Below are positions 29,246-43,216 of a DNA stretch of 64,000 nucleotides, piece after piece. How positions within the stretch are numbered: the first letter of the stretch is position 1; every line of letters begins with the position of its first letter. Both the position numbers and the translations under genes were made by a program. A model generated the notes under the pieces. The model ran no database searches. It was not told the origin of the DNA and saw only the letters and a program-made list of their open reading frames with translations. Location of the stretch: assembly GCA_964016885.1 (NCBI GenBank), contig OZ024742.1:105834001-105898000 (forward strand). Direction: 5' to 3'. This DNA is from Eledone cirrhosa (lineage: Eukaryota).

Positions 29246-29605
29246 CGGCCTGGTGTTAAACTGAGAGTGGTTAGAACATCGGATAGAATGTTTTCCAGTA
29301 TTCTTTCTAGTTCCCTATGCTCTGAGTTCAAATCAGACCGAGTTCAACTATGCCGTTCATTCTTTCGAGGTCGATAAAATAGAGTACAAGCCCGGCAATA
29401 AGATCAATTCTTCCTATATATCACTTTTTCTCTTTTTCTCTGTCGCTCTCTTTCCTTACTCTGGAAGAAATTGGCCGTATAGATATCTGGAGAGGAAGTG
29501 GACTCCACCAGCTCCAAACAATATGCCTAAGAAACGCCGTATATCACTACAGCCCACCTACGACTCTATCAGAAATTACGAGGGAAAAGGAAACAAAATA
29601 TATGC

Positions 29606-29729
<124 letters not shown>

Positions 29730-30279
29730 CTATATATATATCTGTGTATGTGCGTATGTGTGTGTATGTGTGTGTATGTGCGTTTGTATACAAATTAATC
29801 TAAATATAAATTTAATGGGGAAAAACATTATTAAAATGGTTTAACTTTAACGAGTCAATTTGGCTACGGGCTGCTATCATTCTGCAACTAAATGTAATTA
29901 TTCAAGCAGGTGGTTCGAAAGGAATGTGTCGAGTAATAGGGAATCACAAATGTTATTTCCGAGGAAATATGTCTGCCTCCACCCATTCCCCATCACACCC
30001 GCTTCCACTTCATCTCATCCTTCTACTTCTGTTCCTTCACGTCTTTCACGTTTAAAAAACAAATAACAAAAACATTAGAATTGACTGTGCTCTTCTATAT
30101 TTGACATAACATTCCATACACATTCCTGTTAGAACAGTCTGGAAGCGAAAGATCTTGGTGTTATAGCGTGGGAACGGCGAAAATGTCTGTGTGTGTCTGT
30201 TGGAGGTCTGATCTCACGAATTACAAAGAACAATACAAGGTGGAGCTTCTATGCACCCACGTAAGTTCCGATCGCAAGC

Positions 30280-30610
30280 AGCGAATTGGCAGAGTCGTAA
30301 GAACGTCGGATAGAATGCTTTATGATATTCATTCCGGCTCTTTGCTCTCTGAGTTCAAATCCCGCCGAGGTCAACTTTGCCTTTCATCCTTTCGAGGTCG
30401 TCGATAAAAAAAAGTACCAGTTTAGAAATGGGGTGGATTCTTCTTCTATGTCTCTTTCTCATTTCCTCTCTCTCTCTCACGTTCTATCTTTCTCTGGAAG
30501 AAATCTGCTGTACTCAGGCCGGGAGTGGGATGGGCTCCGCCAGGCTTAAGATGCCCGAGATGTCAATTCGGCGTCTCCACGATTCTATCAGGAGTTATGG
30601 GACCATACAA
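30280..30610 (+). mobile_element. SINE with extended 3' module
   Basis: SINE head, CT-rich linker, then a CTCCGCCAG..GATGCCC..CGATTCTATCAGGAGTTATGGGAC module that also occurs near 5975-6080, 29460-29585 and 62990-63110. Confidence 0.7.
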
Positions 30611-32169
30611 GTTACAATCGAAGAAATTATGGAGAATACAACATCAACAACAACAGCAGCAGCAGCAGTAGCAACAACAGTGACAACAACAAGCTATAAG
30701 AAGAATGGGTCATGTATGTATGGTCCCGTAACTCGAAAGGGAGGCGTAGGGGCACTGTTTTGACACACGGCGTCTTGTGCACTTTTATACCAGGCAGAGC
30801 CCGTCTTCTCTCCAGGTGTGAATACAGTAGATTTCTTTCAGAGAAGGATACAGAGTGAGAGAAAGGAAGTGAGAAAGCTATAGAGGAAAAATCAACCCCA
30901 GTACGAGACGTACGAGGCGTACTTTTTTTTTAGCGACTTCGAAAAGATGAAATTCAAAGTTGACGCCGGCAGAATTTGAACTGAGAAAGCAGAGAGCCGA
31001 AACGAAATCCAACGTTCTAACGACTTCGCCAAATTCGTGTAACCACATGAATTTCTAGAAATAGACGCCAAATCGTTTTCAAGTCATATCCTACTACCTT
31101 AGAGTAGAGTTACCCACAGACACACTAGATATACAGTGTTTGAAAATATGAGGGAATACTATGTCTTCTCGATCAGAGCTGATCTGAAGCTAATCCACAG
31201 CACAAATACAGGCACACTCAATCGCACACACAGATACGTGTGTGTTTATGTGTGTGTATGTATATGTATATGTCTGGGAGTTTGTGTGTAGGTCCATGTC
31301 GATTCTTTCATATATGTCCAACATACAGACACATTTATTAATGTATATAACATATATTATCAATAACTGTTCTTATACAGACACACACATGCACACACAC
31401 ACACAAACGCGCGCGCGCACACCCACACACGCACACACGCACACACATATATATATATAATATATATATATAATATATATATATATTATATATACATATA
31501 TATATGTACTATGCGAACATGCCAGACAACAACACGACGGTAACATAGACAACATAGAAATTAGAATAATATCTAAACATAGAAATGACCCAGCAGATAG
31601 GAAAATCAGAGAGGCCAGCGAAATAGAACTTAGAAGGCCAAGGCTAAACAGGAAAAAATGAATGGAATAACAACAATACCCAAATAAACAATACTGACCT
31701 AAGAGAAGTATAAATAAATAAATAAATACATACAACAAGCACAATAACAACAAACACATATAAACACACACTAGTAAACTAAGATAGAATACAATAACCA
31801 ATACACAGTCACCTAAACACGAACACACATCAAACACTATACACACACGCAAACGCATGCGCAGAGAAGACAAAAAAAAAATAAACAGACTAAATAAAGA
31901 TGGCGTAGGCATACAATACAACAGGAGGAAACATAATAGCACCACTGACGATGTTGCAGATGTGCAACGAAAGAACTTTGTTAGACTATATATATGTGTT
32001 TGTGTCTATATCATATCTGTATTTTTGACCGGTGGTCAGTCAATGGTAACATTGAGGACCGAATAAATTAAATTAACCGATATAAAAGACACAGAAGCGA
32101 AAACCAACCAAACAGTGAGTGTGTTATTAATTCTGGCTATTATTACACAAATATGACCCTCCCAAGTAT

Positions 32170-32250
<81 letters not shown>

Positions 32251-32288
32251 CCCTAATATTAGCCGTAGCGATACATATATATATATCG

Positions 32289-33696
32289 CTACGGCTAATA
32301 TTAGGGATAAGATTTTTAAAAACTATAGGAGGATGGCAAGAGCCTTTATTTATATATTTTAAATTTTCATTAGGTTTATGGTACGATTTATAAGAAGCAG
32401 TAGACAGATCTAGGTTTATATCTAGAAAATTAACATTAGAAAGGTTAGTGTCAATGGTAATTTTAAGATTAAAACTAGCGAAGGTTTTTATTAAGTCTTT
32501 CCTGAATCTATCTATAGTGGTATGGGAAAGTATTAGACCATCGTCGCGATAAAGCCCAAAGGTATGGTTAGGGAATTTCTCTTTAAGTGTGTGTAGGAGG
32601 AATAGGCCGACTAAATCACACACGTCAGCACTGTCAAAAGAACCCATTGAGACATCGAATGGGTTCTCTGGGTTAGATTATTTTACCCAAGTGTCATTAT
32701 TAGTAAATAGTAAAGTGTTTCTAGCATGCAAAATGACATTCTCTTCTATATCAGAAATATTGATAAACTTTCTAGCGAAATTTCAGGCTTTCGTTAAAAG
32801 AAGGTGAGTAATAGACGGGTAGAAGTCTACAATGTCAAATTGGGTGATCTAGAACTATTTTTATCTTTAATATTATTAAACCAATGTACTACGGAAGAGC
32901 TATTTATCCATTGGAGTAATTCAGACTTACTTCTAATATGTTTGTTTATATTATTTAATATTTTTTTGCTAGCAAAACCGATATCAGTCTTAGCAGGGTA
33001 GATTAATCTACAACTAGGACGATTAATAAAATCAGGTTTGTGATCTTTGAGTGTGATATAGGTATTACGTTTAGCAAGTTTTTCTGTTCTATTGTCTATT
33101 TTAAAAAAACTAGCTAATTCTTTAGCTTCCTTATTAATAGTATTATAGGTGTTTATATTAGCTATTTGGTATTTAGAGGTGATGTTATCTGTTAAGAGTT
33201 GGTCATGTAAGTTATTATTAACTTCGTATAAGTTTTTAGTTTTGTCAGAGAAAATGAACTTATTTTTAGAAGATTTGAATATTGAAATATCGTTAGATAG
33301 TTTAGATTGAAAAGGGTTAGAGTACTTACGGAATTTGATTTGGTTGATTAAATTAACTAAGTCTAGTTCAAAAGCGGTCATATCTTTAACTCTTTGCGGG
33401 TATTTATGAGACTTGATATCAAAATATTCTGTAGAGTCCGTGTTAAAGTGTCCATCGAAAATCAAAGCTTTCCATCTCATTCTTTTAACAACTTTCTCTA
33501 CTTTGTCTATCAACATTTTAGTGTAGGAAGTGTTAGAAGGTGTTGGGATATTCTTGATGGAGTAATCCAAATGATGTCTATCCATATTCAGTATTGGTTA
33601 AAAATCCTTTTGAATGAAGAGTGCTCGACTTTAAAGAGATAGAAGATGCCAATCTCATAAAAATGTAGAATATGCTACGATCATTCCCTTGGGAGC
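32289..33696 (-). mobile_element. Naiad-type PLE, 5' half (N-terminus and RT), frameshifted
   Basis: YSIKNIPTPS, KRMRWKA, SDKTKN, TLKDHKPDF, MGSFDSADVCDLVG, GLYRDDGL (catalytic motif), VNFLDINLDL, SCHPPIVFKNL. Confidence 0.9.
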
Positions 33697-34974
33697 AGCC
33701 GTAGGATCTCCACCCTCTCTTCCTCAGAAGCTATTTTCAATAAGGCATCCCCCTACTATAATAAAGCCCTTCAAAATAGCGGATTTAGCGAACCGATTAA
33801 GTACATACCCAACAATACTAACTCCTTTAAACATAATAATAGGAAAAGAAAAATAATCTGCAGTTAAAACTAATGTAGGCAAAACATTCCTAGAGCTCCT
33901 AGATAAACATTTCCCTAGAACACATAGATACTATAAAATCTTCAATAGAAACTGTGTCAAAATCAGCTACTCCTGCGGTCCCCCTATTAATTCTTATATC
34001 CTCAATAAGAAAATGCCCAGAGAACATCAAAATTGCTCCTGTAGAGTCAAAAGTGAATGCCTATTACAAGGTAAATGCAACACCAAAGCCATTGTATATG
34101 CGGCTAAAGTGACAACCACCAGCAACAACCTACCAGCCACCAGCGAACGATATGTGGGTATGACACAAGACAAATTCAAAACGCGTTATTACTCACATGT
34201 CGCATCTTTCCGACATCCTGAAAAAAAATTTACAACAGCTCTGGCTAGCAGAATATGGAATTTGAAATACCAAGGTATCCAATATAAATTAGATTGGTCA
34301 ATTTTGAACCAATCTAAAGAATATGCAAGAGGAACAAGAAGATGCGCACTCTGCATAAGTGAAAAATATTGGATTTTACAGAAACTTAAATCACCAAAAA
34401 CTGCCTAAATGCAAAAACAGAAATTTTCACCAGTTGCCCACGCATGAAATCACACTTGCTTTCCAGCTCACATAAACTTAACTCACTTTCAGATACTTAT
34501 CCTCCATAAAATCTTGTTCTTCACTTTCCTTAAATTACCTTCTTTACAGACTTCTCTTTCTGATTTACTTTTATTTTTATTTTTAACTTTATTTTTACTT
34601 CACATCCACCAGTGAGCCCCCCCCCCCAATGCTTTTTGCTTCACTTACTTTATATCTTCACAATTTTACATATTTTACTTCCTCATTTTCTTTCACTAGC
34701 TGATATCACCTGTCACTTGCGTTTTCAACTCCAGATATATTCTGTTGTCTCTCAGCCGCTTTTATGTATGTTTACTTGCGTATAATTTGTACTCATTTAT
34801 TCATACGGCCGGTTTTTATATTGTATCTATGCGTGTGAGCGTGCATGTGTGTGTATGCGTGTTTGTATAAGTATACAAATGCATTCGTATGTGCGCGTGT
34901 GTGTGTATATGTGTGTGTGTATATGTGTTTTTATATCTATGTTTTTTACATACTTATATATATGTGTGTGTGTG

Positions 34975-35039
<65 letters not shown>

Positions 35040-35835
35040 ATGTATATGTGTATATATATATATAGTCGCGTGCGTGCGTGTGATTAGATGTACATGTACG
35101 TATATATATATATGTGCTTCGTGTGTATGTATGCGCGCCTTTGTATGTATGTACGCATGTATGTGCTTTTGTCTGTACGTATTTATATATATATATATTT
35201 TTATATATATGTGTATGTACGAACCTATGTATGCTATTTTTTCTAGTGTTACTTTATAATTGATAACCCCTCTCTCTTACTTTCTCTTTGATTTACACTT
35301 GCATGTATGTGTGTGTTTATACGCGTGCTTTCATGCTTGTATGTGTATATATTTCAATCCTTAGTACCTGAGCCTGGATGTACGTTAACTCTATTATCTT
35401 ACAATTTCTTTTTCAACATATATCATATACGTATTTGTGGTTACACATACACTGATATGCTTGCCCTCATATATGTACTTACGCACACATTTTTTCACTA
35501 TACACATGCATATGTACATACACACATATGTACATTTGTGAGTGAATATACACACAATTATACACATACCCTAACTATATTTCCTTATTTTATTTTTATA
35601 TATCTCTTGTATTACTTTTATTTATATATATTTTTGCCCGTTAAACTTTTGCCTTTCTTGAGGAGATTTTTCAAATATTTCACTATGTTTTAAATTGCCT
35701 TGTCTGACGAACGAATGAGGACGTTTCTTGTATTCGTCTTATTCGGGAAACCTCTGGTAATGAGGTAATTATATTGTATTGTTTATTATACATTAAATTA
35801 AGCTCTGGTACTTACATAGAGCACTCTTCACTCCT
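33697..35835 (+). mobile_element. Naiad-type PLE, 3' half (thumb, GIY-YIG endonuclease, 3' UTR with HHR)
   Basis: SRRISTLSSSEAIF, KIFNRNCVKISYSC, NCSCR..CLLQGKC..IVY, RYVG..FKTRYYSH, RCALCISEK. The 3' end repeats GAGCACTCTTCA, which also lies upstream of the ORF start. Confidence 0.85.
35700..35771 (+). ncRNA. Type I hammerhead motif at the 3' end of the Naiad-type PLE
   Basis: CTGACGA(35704), stem II of about 11 bp (CGAATGAGGACG/CGTCTTATTCG), GAAA(35747), stem III CCTC/GAGG, GUA triplet 35765-35767. Stem I pairs poorly. Confidence 0.65.
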
Positions 35836-35870
35836 ATGACTTTTTCAATTTTCAACGGAAACTTCAATAC

Positions 35871-35976
<106 letters not shown>

Positions 35977-36319
35977 ATATATGTATGTATATCTATATAT
36001 ATAAAACTGATGTTGTCTGTGTGTCCTCATTTTTGCAAAGTCTATACAAATCCACATTTCTCCTCCGATTGACTTCAAACTTGCATTTATTTATTCCTTG
36101 CGGTCTAAAGATATTAACTGCCGCTTTTTTTTTCAATTTTCTGTTGTTAAAGGGGTGTTAGGCGCCGGTTATCCATCTCCGTCGCGCTCTTATAATATCT
36201 GTCTGTATGCCTGGCTGTCTGCATAAGGTCATTCTGACGTATTATCTTCGCTACATTCACACACAGACACGCGCGTGCGCGAACACACACACACACACAC
36301 AAGTATATGTGTTTTTATA

Positions 36320-36377
<58 letters not shown>

Positions 36378-36473
36378 CATATACAAACACATATACACAT
36401 AGATATACACACATATACAGATATATAAATAAACACATAAAAATATATGTATATATACACACACACACACATA

Positions 36474-36515
<42 letters not shown>

Positions 36516-36556
36516 CATACACACACACATATATATATATATGCATACATACACAC

Positions 36557-36921
<365 letters not shown>

Positions 36922-37264
36922 CGTCTTCCTGTTTAACTTCGGTTGCAAAGTTTCTCGAAAAATTTACTTCTGCGTTCACAGATTAAATATTTTAGTTTCA
37001 GAAGTTAGATGAATGGCGCACAAAGGGTTAATGTTTATTGGCAAGAAGTTTTTTGAATAATAAAAGACAGGTTAAAGCAAGCTACAATGTATATATATAT
37101 GTACAGCCGTACTATGAGTGGGAAATGAAATATCGTTTCATTTTTTCCGTTTATCGTTTTCGGTGCACCCGGCCGATTTACCCACTCGATATGCAAATTG
37201 GGCTACTCAGCCGTTAATATGCATAAGGTAAGTATATACGTTCAACAATCTGGCAGGAAGGTAT

Positions 37265-37307
37265 ACGTTGCTGACGATAGCTAACAAGCTTGAAACTAGT
37301 ACAGCGT
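37265..37307 (+). ncRNA. Minimal type I hammerhead ribozyme, unit 1
   Basis: ACGTTG-CTGACGA-tAGCtaacaaGCTt-GAAA-CTAG-TA^CAGCGT. Stem I ACGTTG/CAGCGT (6 bp including one G-U), stem II AGC/GCT, palindromic ACTAGT stem III, GUA cleavage triplet ending at 37301. Confidence 0.85.
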
Positions 37308-37680
37308 TCCTTTGTCAGTGTTGAACAAACGAGCAACGGTGGTTGCTAGACACTACGGCTTAATACGGGATGTTTGTTTACACCGAGCATTATAACAAAT
37401 GTTCGGTGAATCCATACGTGCATATATATATGTGTGCATCTATGTATATATATATATACATACTACTGTACGTCGGTATACATATATGTATGTACGTGTA
37501 CATACTTATATTTAAGTAACAGCCGTACTAAGAGTGGGAAATGAAATATCGTTTCATTTTTTCCGTTTATCGTTTTCGGTGCACCCGGCCGATTTACCCG
37601 CTCGATATGCAAATTGGGCTACTCAGCCGTTAATATGCATAAGGTAAGTATATACGTTCAACAATCTGGCAGGAAGGTAT

Positions 37681-37723
37681 ACGTTGCTGACGATAGCTAA
37701 CAAGCTTGAAACTAGTACAGCGT
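37681..37723 (+). ncRNA. Minimal type I hammerhead ribozyme, unit 2
   Basis: Identical to 37265-37307. Predicted cleavage after 37717, 416 nt downstream of the first site. Confidence 0.85.
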
Positions 37724-38010
37724 TCCTTTGTCAGTGTTGAACAAACGAGCAACGGTGGTTGCTAGACACTACGGCTTAATACGGGATGTTTGTTTACAAA
37801 CACACCGAGCATTATAATAAATGTTCGGTGAATCGATACGTGCATATATATATGTGTGCATCTATGTATATATATATATACATACTACTGTACGTCGGTA
37901 TACATATATGTATGTACGTGTACATACTTATATTTAAGTAACAGCCGTACTAAGAGTGGGAAATGAAATATCGTTTCATTTTTTCCGTTTATATATATAT
38001 ATATATATAT

Positions 38011-38421
<411 letters not shown>

Positions 38422-38527
38422 GCATGCCAATTCTAACACATATATGTCCTAGAAACGATCGTTAAATAATGAACTTTTTTTGTTTAATATAAGGAACTGT
38501 TTCATTGTTTTATTCATTATTTTTTTA

Positions 38528-38570
<43 letters not shown>

Positions 38571-39129
38571 TGTAGGTTGCTTTAACCTTTCTTTTATTAT
38601 TCAAAAAACTTCTTGCCAATAAACATTAACCCTTTGTGCGCCATTCATCTAACTTCTGAAACTAAAATATTTAATCTGTGAACGCAGAAGTAAATTTTTC
38701 GAGAAACTTTGCAACCGAAGGAAAACAAGAAGACGATATTTTGGTTCGTGAAGACGTTCCCTGGTAATGAACGGAAAAAGAGTAAGGATAATACGTCGTT
38801 ATGTGGACCGAGAAGAACAATTTCATGCAAAGACAAGACCAAGTTTATGGTATAAATGGAGTCGTTAGACTAATATTCTATTTAAAATAACAGAATGATT
38901 TCCAGCCCGGGAGTTTAAGAATGAAGTAAATAAAATTGAAAACGAAAATGTCAGTGGTTATTAAAATAGTAAAAGTAAATAGTGAAGATTTAGGCCAGTA
39001 CATACGTATGCCCCGACGGACATACACATACATACGCACACACAACAAATACATACACACCCACAAACACAGACACACACACACACACACGCACCCACGC
39101 ACGCGCGCACCGCGTATGTATAAACCTTA

Positions 39130-39551
39130 TGCATTTCTACAGTATTTTCCCCAAACTTAAGACATAGGTTACTTATGTACTCCGGATGGTCATGGGCACT
39201 TTCATTTTTCCAGATATTGATTATAGGGCCTCCCGGCAGATAACCCCCTTTAACCACTTCCTTGGAGTCGACTGAAGCACTGCAGTGCAATGCAACAAAA
39301 CGTTATAACTTCTGGAGTTCGCAACCGATTTTCACAAAACATGACACATGGGCTACGTTTGTCCTACAGATGAATGTGAACTCTCAGAATTGGCACATAT
39401 TGAGTAGGGGACCCCTGAGGGCAGAAACCCCCTTTTGGAAAAAGCCGCTGATTTTGTAAAAGTATAGCTTTCGAAGCAGCACTGAAGTATTGACATAAAT
39501 GGTATACACAACTGCTATTTAATACCCGAGCAACGCCGGGTACCTCTGCTA

Positions 39552-39552
<1 letters not shown>
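39130..39552 (+). mobile_element. Non-autonomous Helitron-like 3' end
   Basis: Subterminal hairpin TACCCGAGCAACGCCGGGTA (39523-39542) followed by terminal CTAG-T (39549-39553). Confidence 0.7.
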
Positions 39553-39592
<40 letters not shown>

Positions 39593-40113
39593 AACACACA
39601 CACACACACGCACACACACATATATATATATACATATACTATTTACACGCTTACAAATGTGAACACATTCAACACTGTACATACATTTGTATGTGTGAGT
39701 GAGTTAGTGAGTGTGTGTGTGCGTGTGTGCGTGTGTGCTTGTGTGCTTGTGTGTGCGCGCACGCGCCTGTGTGTGTGTGCTTGTATGTGTGTGTGTGTGT
39801 GTGTGTGTGTCGAAAGAGCAAGTCTTGCTTTAATAAAGTCTAGCAGAGCGTCGAAAATCAAAAGTAAAATAGACAGGTTGTTTGATAAGGTGTATAGAGA
39901 TGCAATGAAGCACAAAATCACTCCCCGAGGGAGGATGTAGTTATTCCTTTTATTATATGGCGGGGTGTATATATGTGGGGTGTATATATGTGGGGTATAT
40001 TTATGTGGGGTATAGTTGATAATTAGCGATTGCAAAGGTTTCCTTTTGATTGCATACCCACCCCCAAATATGTGCGTGTGCATGCGCTCGCTAAATGTAT
40101 ATACACACACACA

Positions 40114-40207
<94 letters not shown>

Positions 40208-40290
40208 CATACATATACACACATACACATACACACACACAAAGTTATATATCTATATGTATGTATGTACGTACGTATACATGTGTGGGT

Positions 40291-40338
<48 letters not shown>

Positions 40339-40710
40339 TTGTGTGTATACCTACACATGTATACGTACATAGATACATACATATATATATATATATATGT
40401 ATGTATATGTATGTATGTATATATATATATATATACATATACGTATATATGCCTCGTCTAGCGTAAAATGGTCTAACGTAAGTAACGACTAGGAAATCTA
40501 TACCAGTGAGCTAAGGTTGGGGGTGGGGGGTGGGGGGTGGTCACATTAGGATCAGTGCTTCATATCGTTGTTACTGTAGTAGTAGTAGTAGTGGTAGTAG
40601 TAGTAGGTTTTGTAGTAATAGTAGTAGTAGTTGTTGTAGTAGTAGTAGGTCTGGTAGTGGTTGTAGTGGTAGTAGTTGTTGTAGTAGTAGGTCTTGTAGT
40701 AGTAGTAGTA

Positions 40711-40777
<67 letters not shown>

Positions 40778-41059
40778 AAGTAGGTCTTGTAGTAGTAGAA
40801 GTAGTGGTAGTAGTAATAGTTGTAGTTGTATGTAATAAGGTTATCTGTGGTGTGTTTTTGAAATAGGCTCTAAGGTCAGAACTAGCGATACAGCCGTTGA
40901 AGAAGAAGAAGAAGAAGAAGAAGAAGAAGAAGAAGAAGAAGAAGAAGAAGAAGAAGAAGAAGAAGAAGAACAACAACAACAACAACAACAACAACAGCAA
41001 AAACAATAACGACAACTTTATGATTTGGCCATCATGTTTTGCTTGCTTGTATCCCTGAA

Positions 41060-41395
41060 CGGTTACTGCACCAGCTTCTGAAATTCCTACACTTAATTCA
41101 GCTTCCTGCCTTTCACCACTCGTTAACACGGTCCCGGGATACTTGAACATGTCCATCTGCTTCAATGGAACCCCACTCAGATATAGAGTGTACTGCGCCG
41201 GCTTCATTGAGAGGAAGTGTCCCAGTCTTTGCAGCACTGATTTTCCATTCCTGCGGTATAGCACTCGGCATCAAACCTATCAAGTGTGCTTGTTAGAGAT
41301 TATCTTCTGATGAGTTAAGTAATACCACGTCGTCTACAAATCCCAGCCGACTGATCCTACACCTGACTGTGGTGACACCACTTCCAGCCAGGCCA
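41060..41395 (-). mobile_element. RTE-like LINE RT fragment (catalytic region onward)
   Basis: LGFVDDVVLL, then LSGVPLKQMDMFKYPG. Confidence 0.65.
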
Positions 41396-41773
41396 AACGG
41401 GAGGAAGTAAAAGAGGGGGAGAAGCAGAGCACTCACTCACTCTCTGCTTCTCCCCTCTCTCACTTCCTCTCGTTTGGCCTGTGTGAAATCCTTTTCTCGC
41501 TCACATCTCACACAGGTCAGATGGTCTGTATCTCTCCTCGTCTATGACCTCACAGAACTTAAGTTCACAGATATCACGGACTTGTTTCTCCTCTTCCTAT
41601 CTTTCCGTTGCATTACCATCTTTGTTTGTTTAAATGTCTTGCTCGCTTCACCCTATTTTACGTGTCCCAATAAGTTTCTTTAGTTATTGCTCGCACCAAC
41701 CAGAGGTATATGATCTTTAAAGCGAAGAAATACCAATGAAGTCTGGAAGATCACTGATGAAGGACCAATTTAA

Positions 41774-41853
<80 letters not shown>

Positions 41854-41989
41854 TTTATCTACCTATCAAGCTACCTAGCTGGCTCACTCTTTTTTCTTTA
41901 CTAGAGTCGCTCTTTTAAACCAAAGGCGTTTGTAACATTCTGATTGTCTTTTTATGTGTTATATGTGTGTATGTGTGTGTGTGTGGTCA

Positions 41990-42128
41990 GCTTCTTGTTG
42001 CCCCGATGTCTCTACATGTATGCCCGAGTATTTGTGTTCAGATAAATGGTGCTAAATCACAACCATTCCATGTGCGAGTCGGACTCCACCAAGAGTATGT
42101 TCTATCACGTCTCTTGTGCATTATTTTC
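41990..42128 (+). mobile_element. RTE-like LINE RT fragment (QG-motif region)
   Basis: CVQINGAKSQPFHVRVGLHQEYVLSRLL matches the G(L/V)RQGCVLSPLLF motif. Confidence 0.65.
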
Positions 42129-42285
42129 ACTCTATCTTACGTGTCCCAATAACTTTCTTTAGTTATTGCTCGCACCAACCAGAGGTACATGATCTTTAAA
42201 GCGAAGAAATACCAATGAAGGCTGGAACATGACTGATGAAGGACCAATTTCATTTATATGTAACCCATGTGCAACCACGCAGCAC

Positions 42286-42349
<64 letters not shown>

Positions 42350-42391
42350 ATGATATTAAATAAATGGAAACTATATTTATAAAACCATATT

Positions 42392-42456
42392 TATTTTATT
42401 ATATATATTTCAAGGGCAACCAAGACACCATTGGTGCGCTTTCATCAGATAAAATA
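42392..42456 (-). ncRNA. Minimal type I hammerhead ribozyme (family A)
   Basis: Minus strand reads TATTTTAT-CTGATGA-aagcgcaccaatggtgtcttggttgccctt-GAAA-TATATA-TA^ATAAAATA. Confidence 0.8.
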
Positions 42457-42573
42457 CAAAGTTTGTTTTATGAATAGAGACGTTGGAAATTCACTGGATA
42501 GTCTATCCGGGGAATTTCCAACCGATAAGGTATGATTTTCATGGGTACGTCTCTATTTATAAAACAAACTTTG

Positions 42574-42638
42574 TATTTTATCTGATGAAAGCGCACCTAT
42601 GGTGTCTTGGTTGCTCTTGAAATATATATAATTAAATA
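42574..42638 (+). ncRNA. Minimal type I hammerhead ribozyme (family A)
   Basis: TATTTTAT-CTGATGA(42582)-aagcgcacc...ggttgctctt-GAAA(42619)-TATATA-TA^ATTAAATA. One mismatch in stem I. Confidence 0.75.
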
Positions 42639-42797
42639 AATATGGTTTTATAAATATAGTTTCCATTTATTTAATATCATTGAATATTTACTCCAGTAAG
42701 TTGTTGAGTGCTCTAAATCAGTTATAAACATTTATGTTTGTCGGACTTCCAACAAATTAAATACAACTTCTACACACACACACACACGCACACACAT

Positions 42798-42919
<122 letters not shown>

Positions 42920-43172
42920 GGAGACAGAGATTAATAGATTCAGCACAAGGTAGAAAGCTATCTCTAACTTAACAACGGAGCTATTGTAAGTTTGAAGTAT
43001 AGAAGTCAATAACACTCATACACACAATTAATAATAGATAATTGTTTAAAATGATCCCACTTTTCCTTTTCTCGTTTAAAATGAAACCCCTCTTCTTCTT
43101 CTTCTTCTTCTTCTTCTTCTTCTTCTTCTTCTTCTTCTTCTTCTTCTTCTTCTTCTTCTATAGAAGAAAATT

Positions 43173-43216
<44 letters not shown>

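Larger units (their letters stand above)
37103..37991 (+). mobile_element. Retrozyme-like non-coding tandem repeat (about 416-nt unit, about 2.1 copies) with one minimal hammerhead ribozyme per full unit
   Basis: Near-identical units start with ACAGCCGTACT at 37103, 37519 and 37941. No ORF. Each full unit contains a CTGACGA...GAAA-CTAG-TA core. (TA)n on both sides. Confidence 0.85.
42350..42773. mobile_element. HHR fold-back element, family A, copy 2 (inverted arms 42350-42483 and 42547-42680)
   Basis: Inverted repeat of about 134 bp with an internal hairpin at 42482-42522. HHR on both strands. Tail to 42773. Lies between (TA)n and (CA)n. Confidence 0.8.

Noticed and set aside
41720-41775. 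Family C GAAA...CTGATGA read as a type II hammerhead
   Set aside because: Consistent stems I-III could not be built across the three copies.
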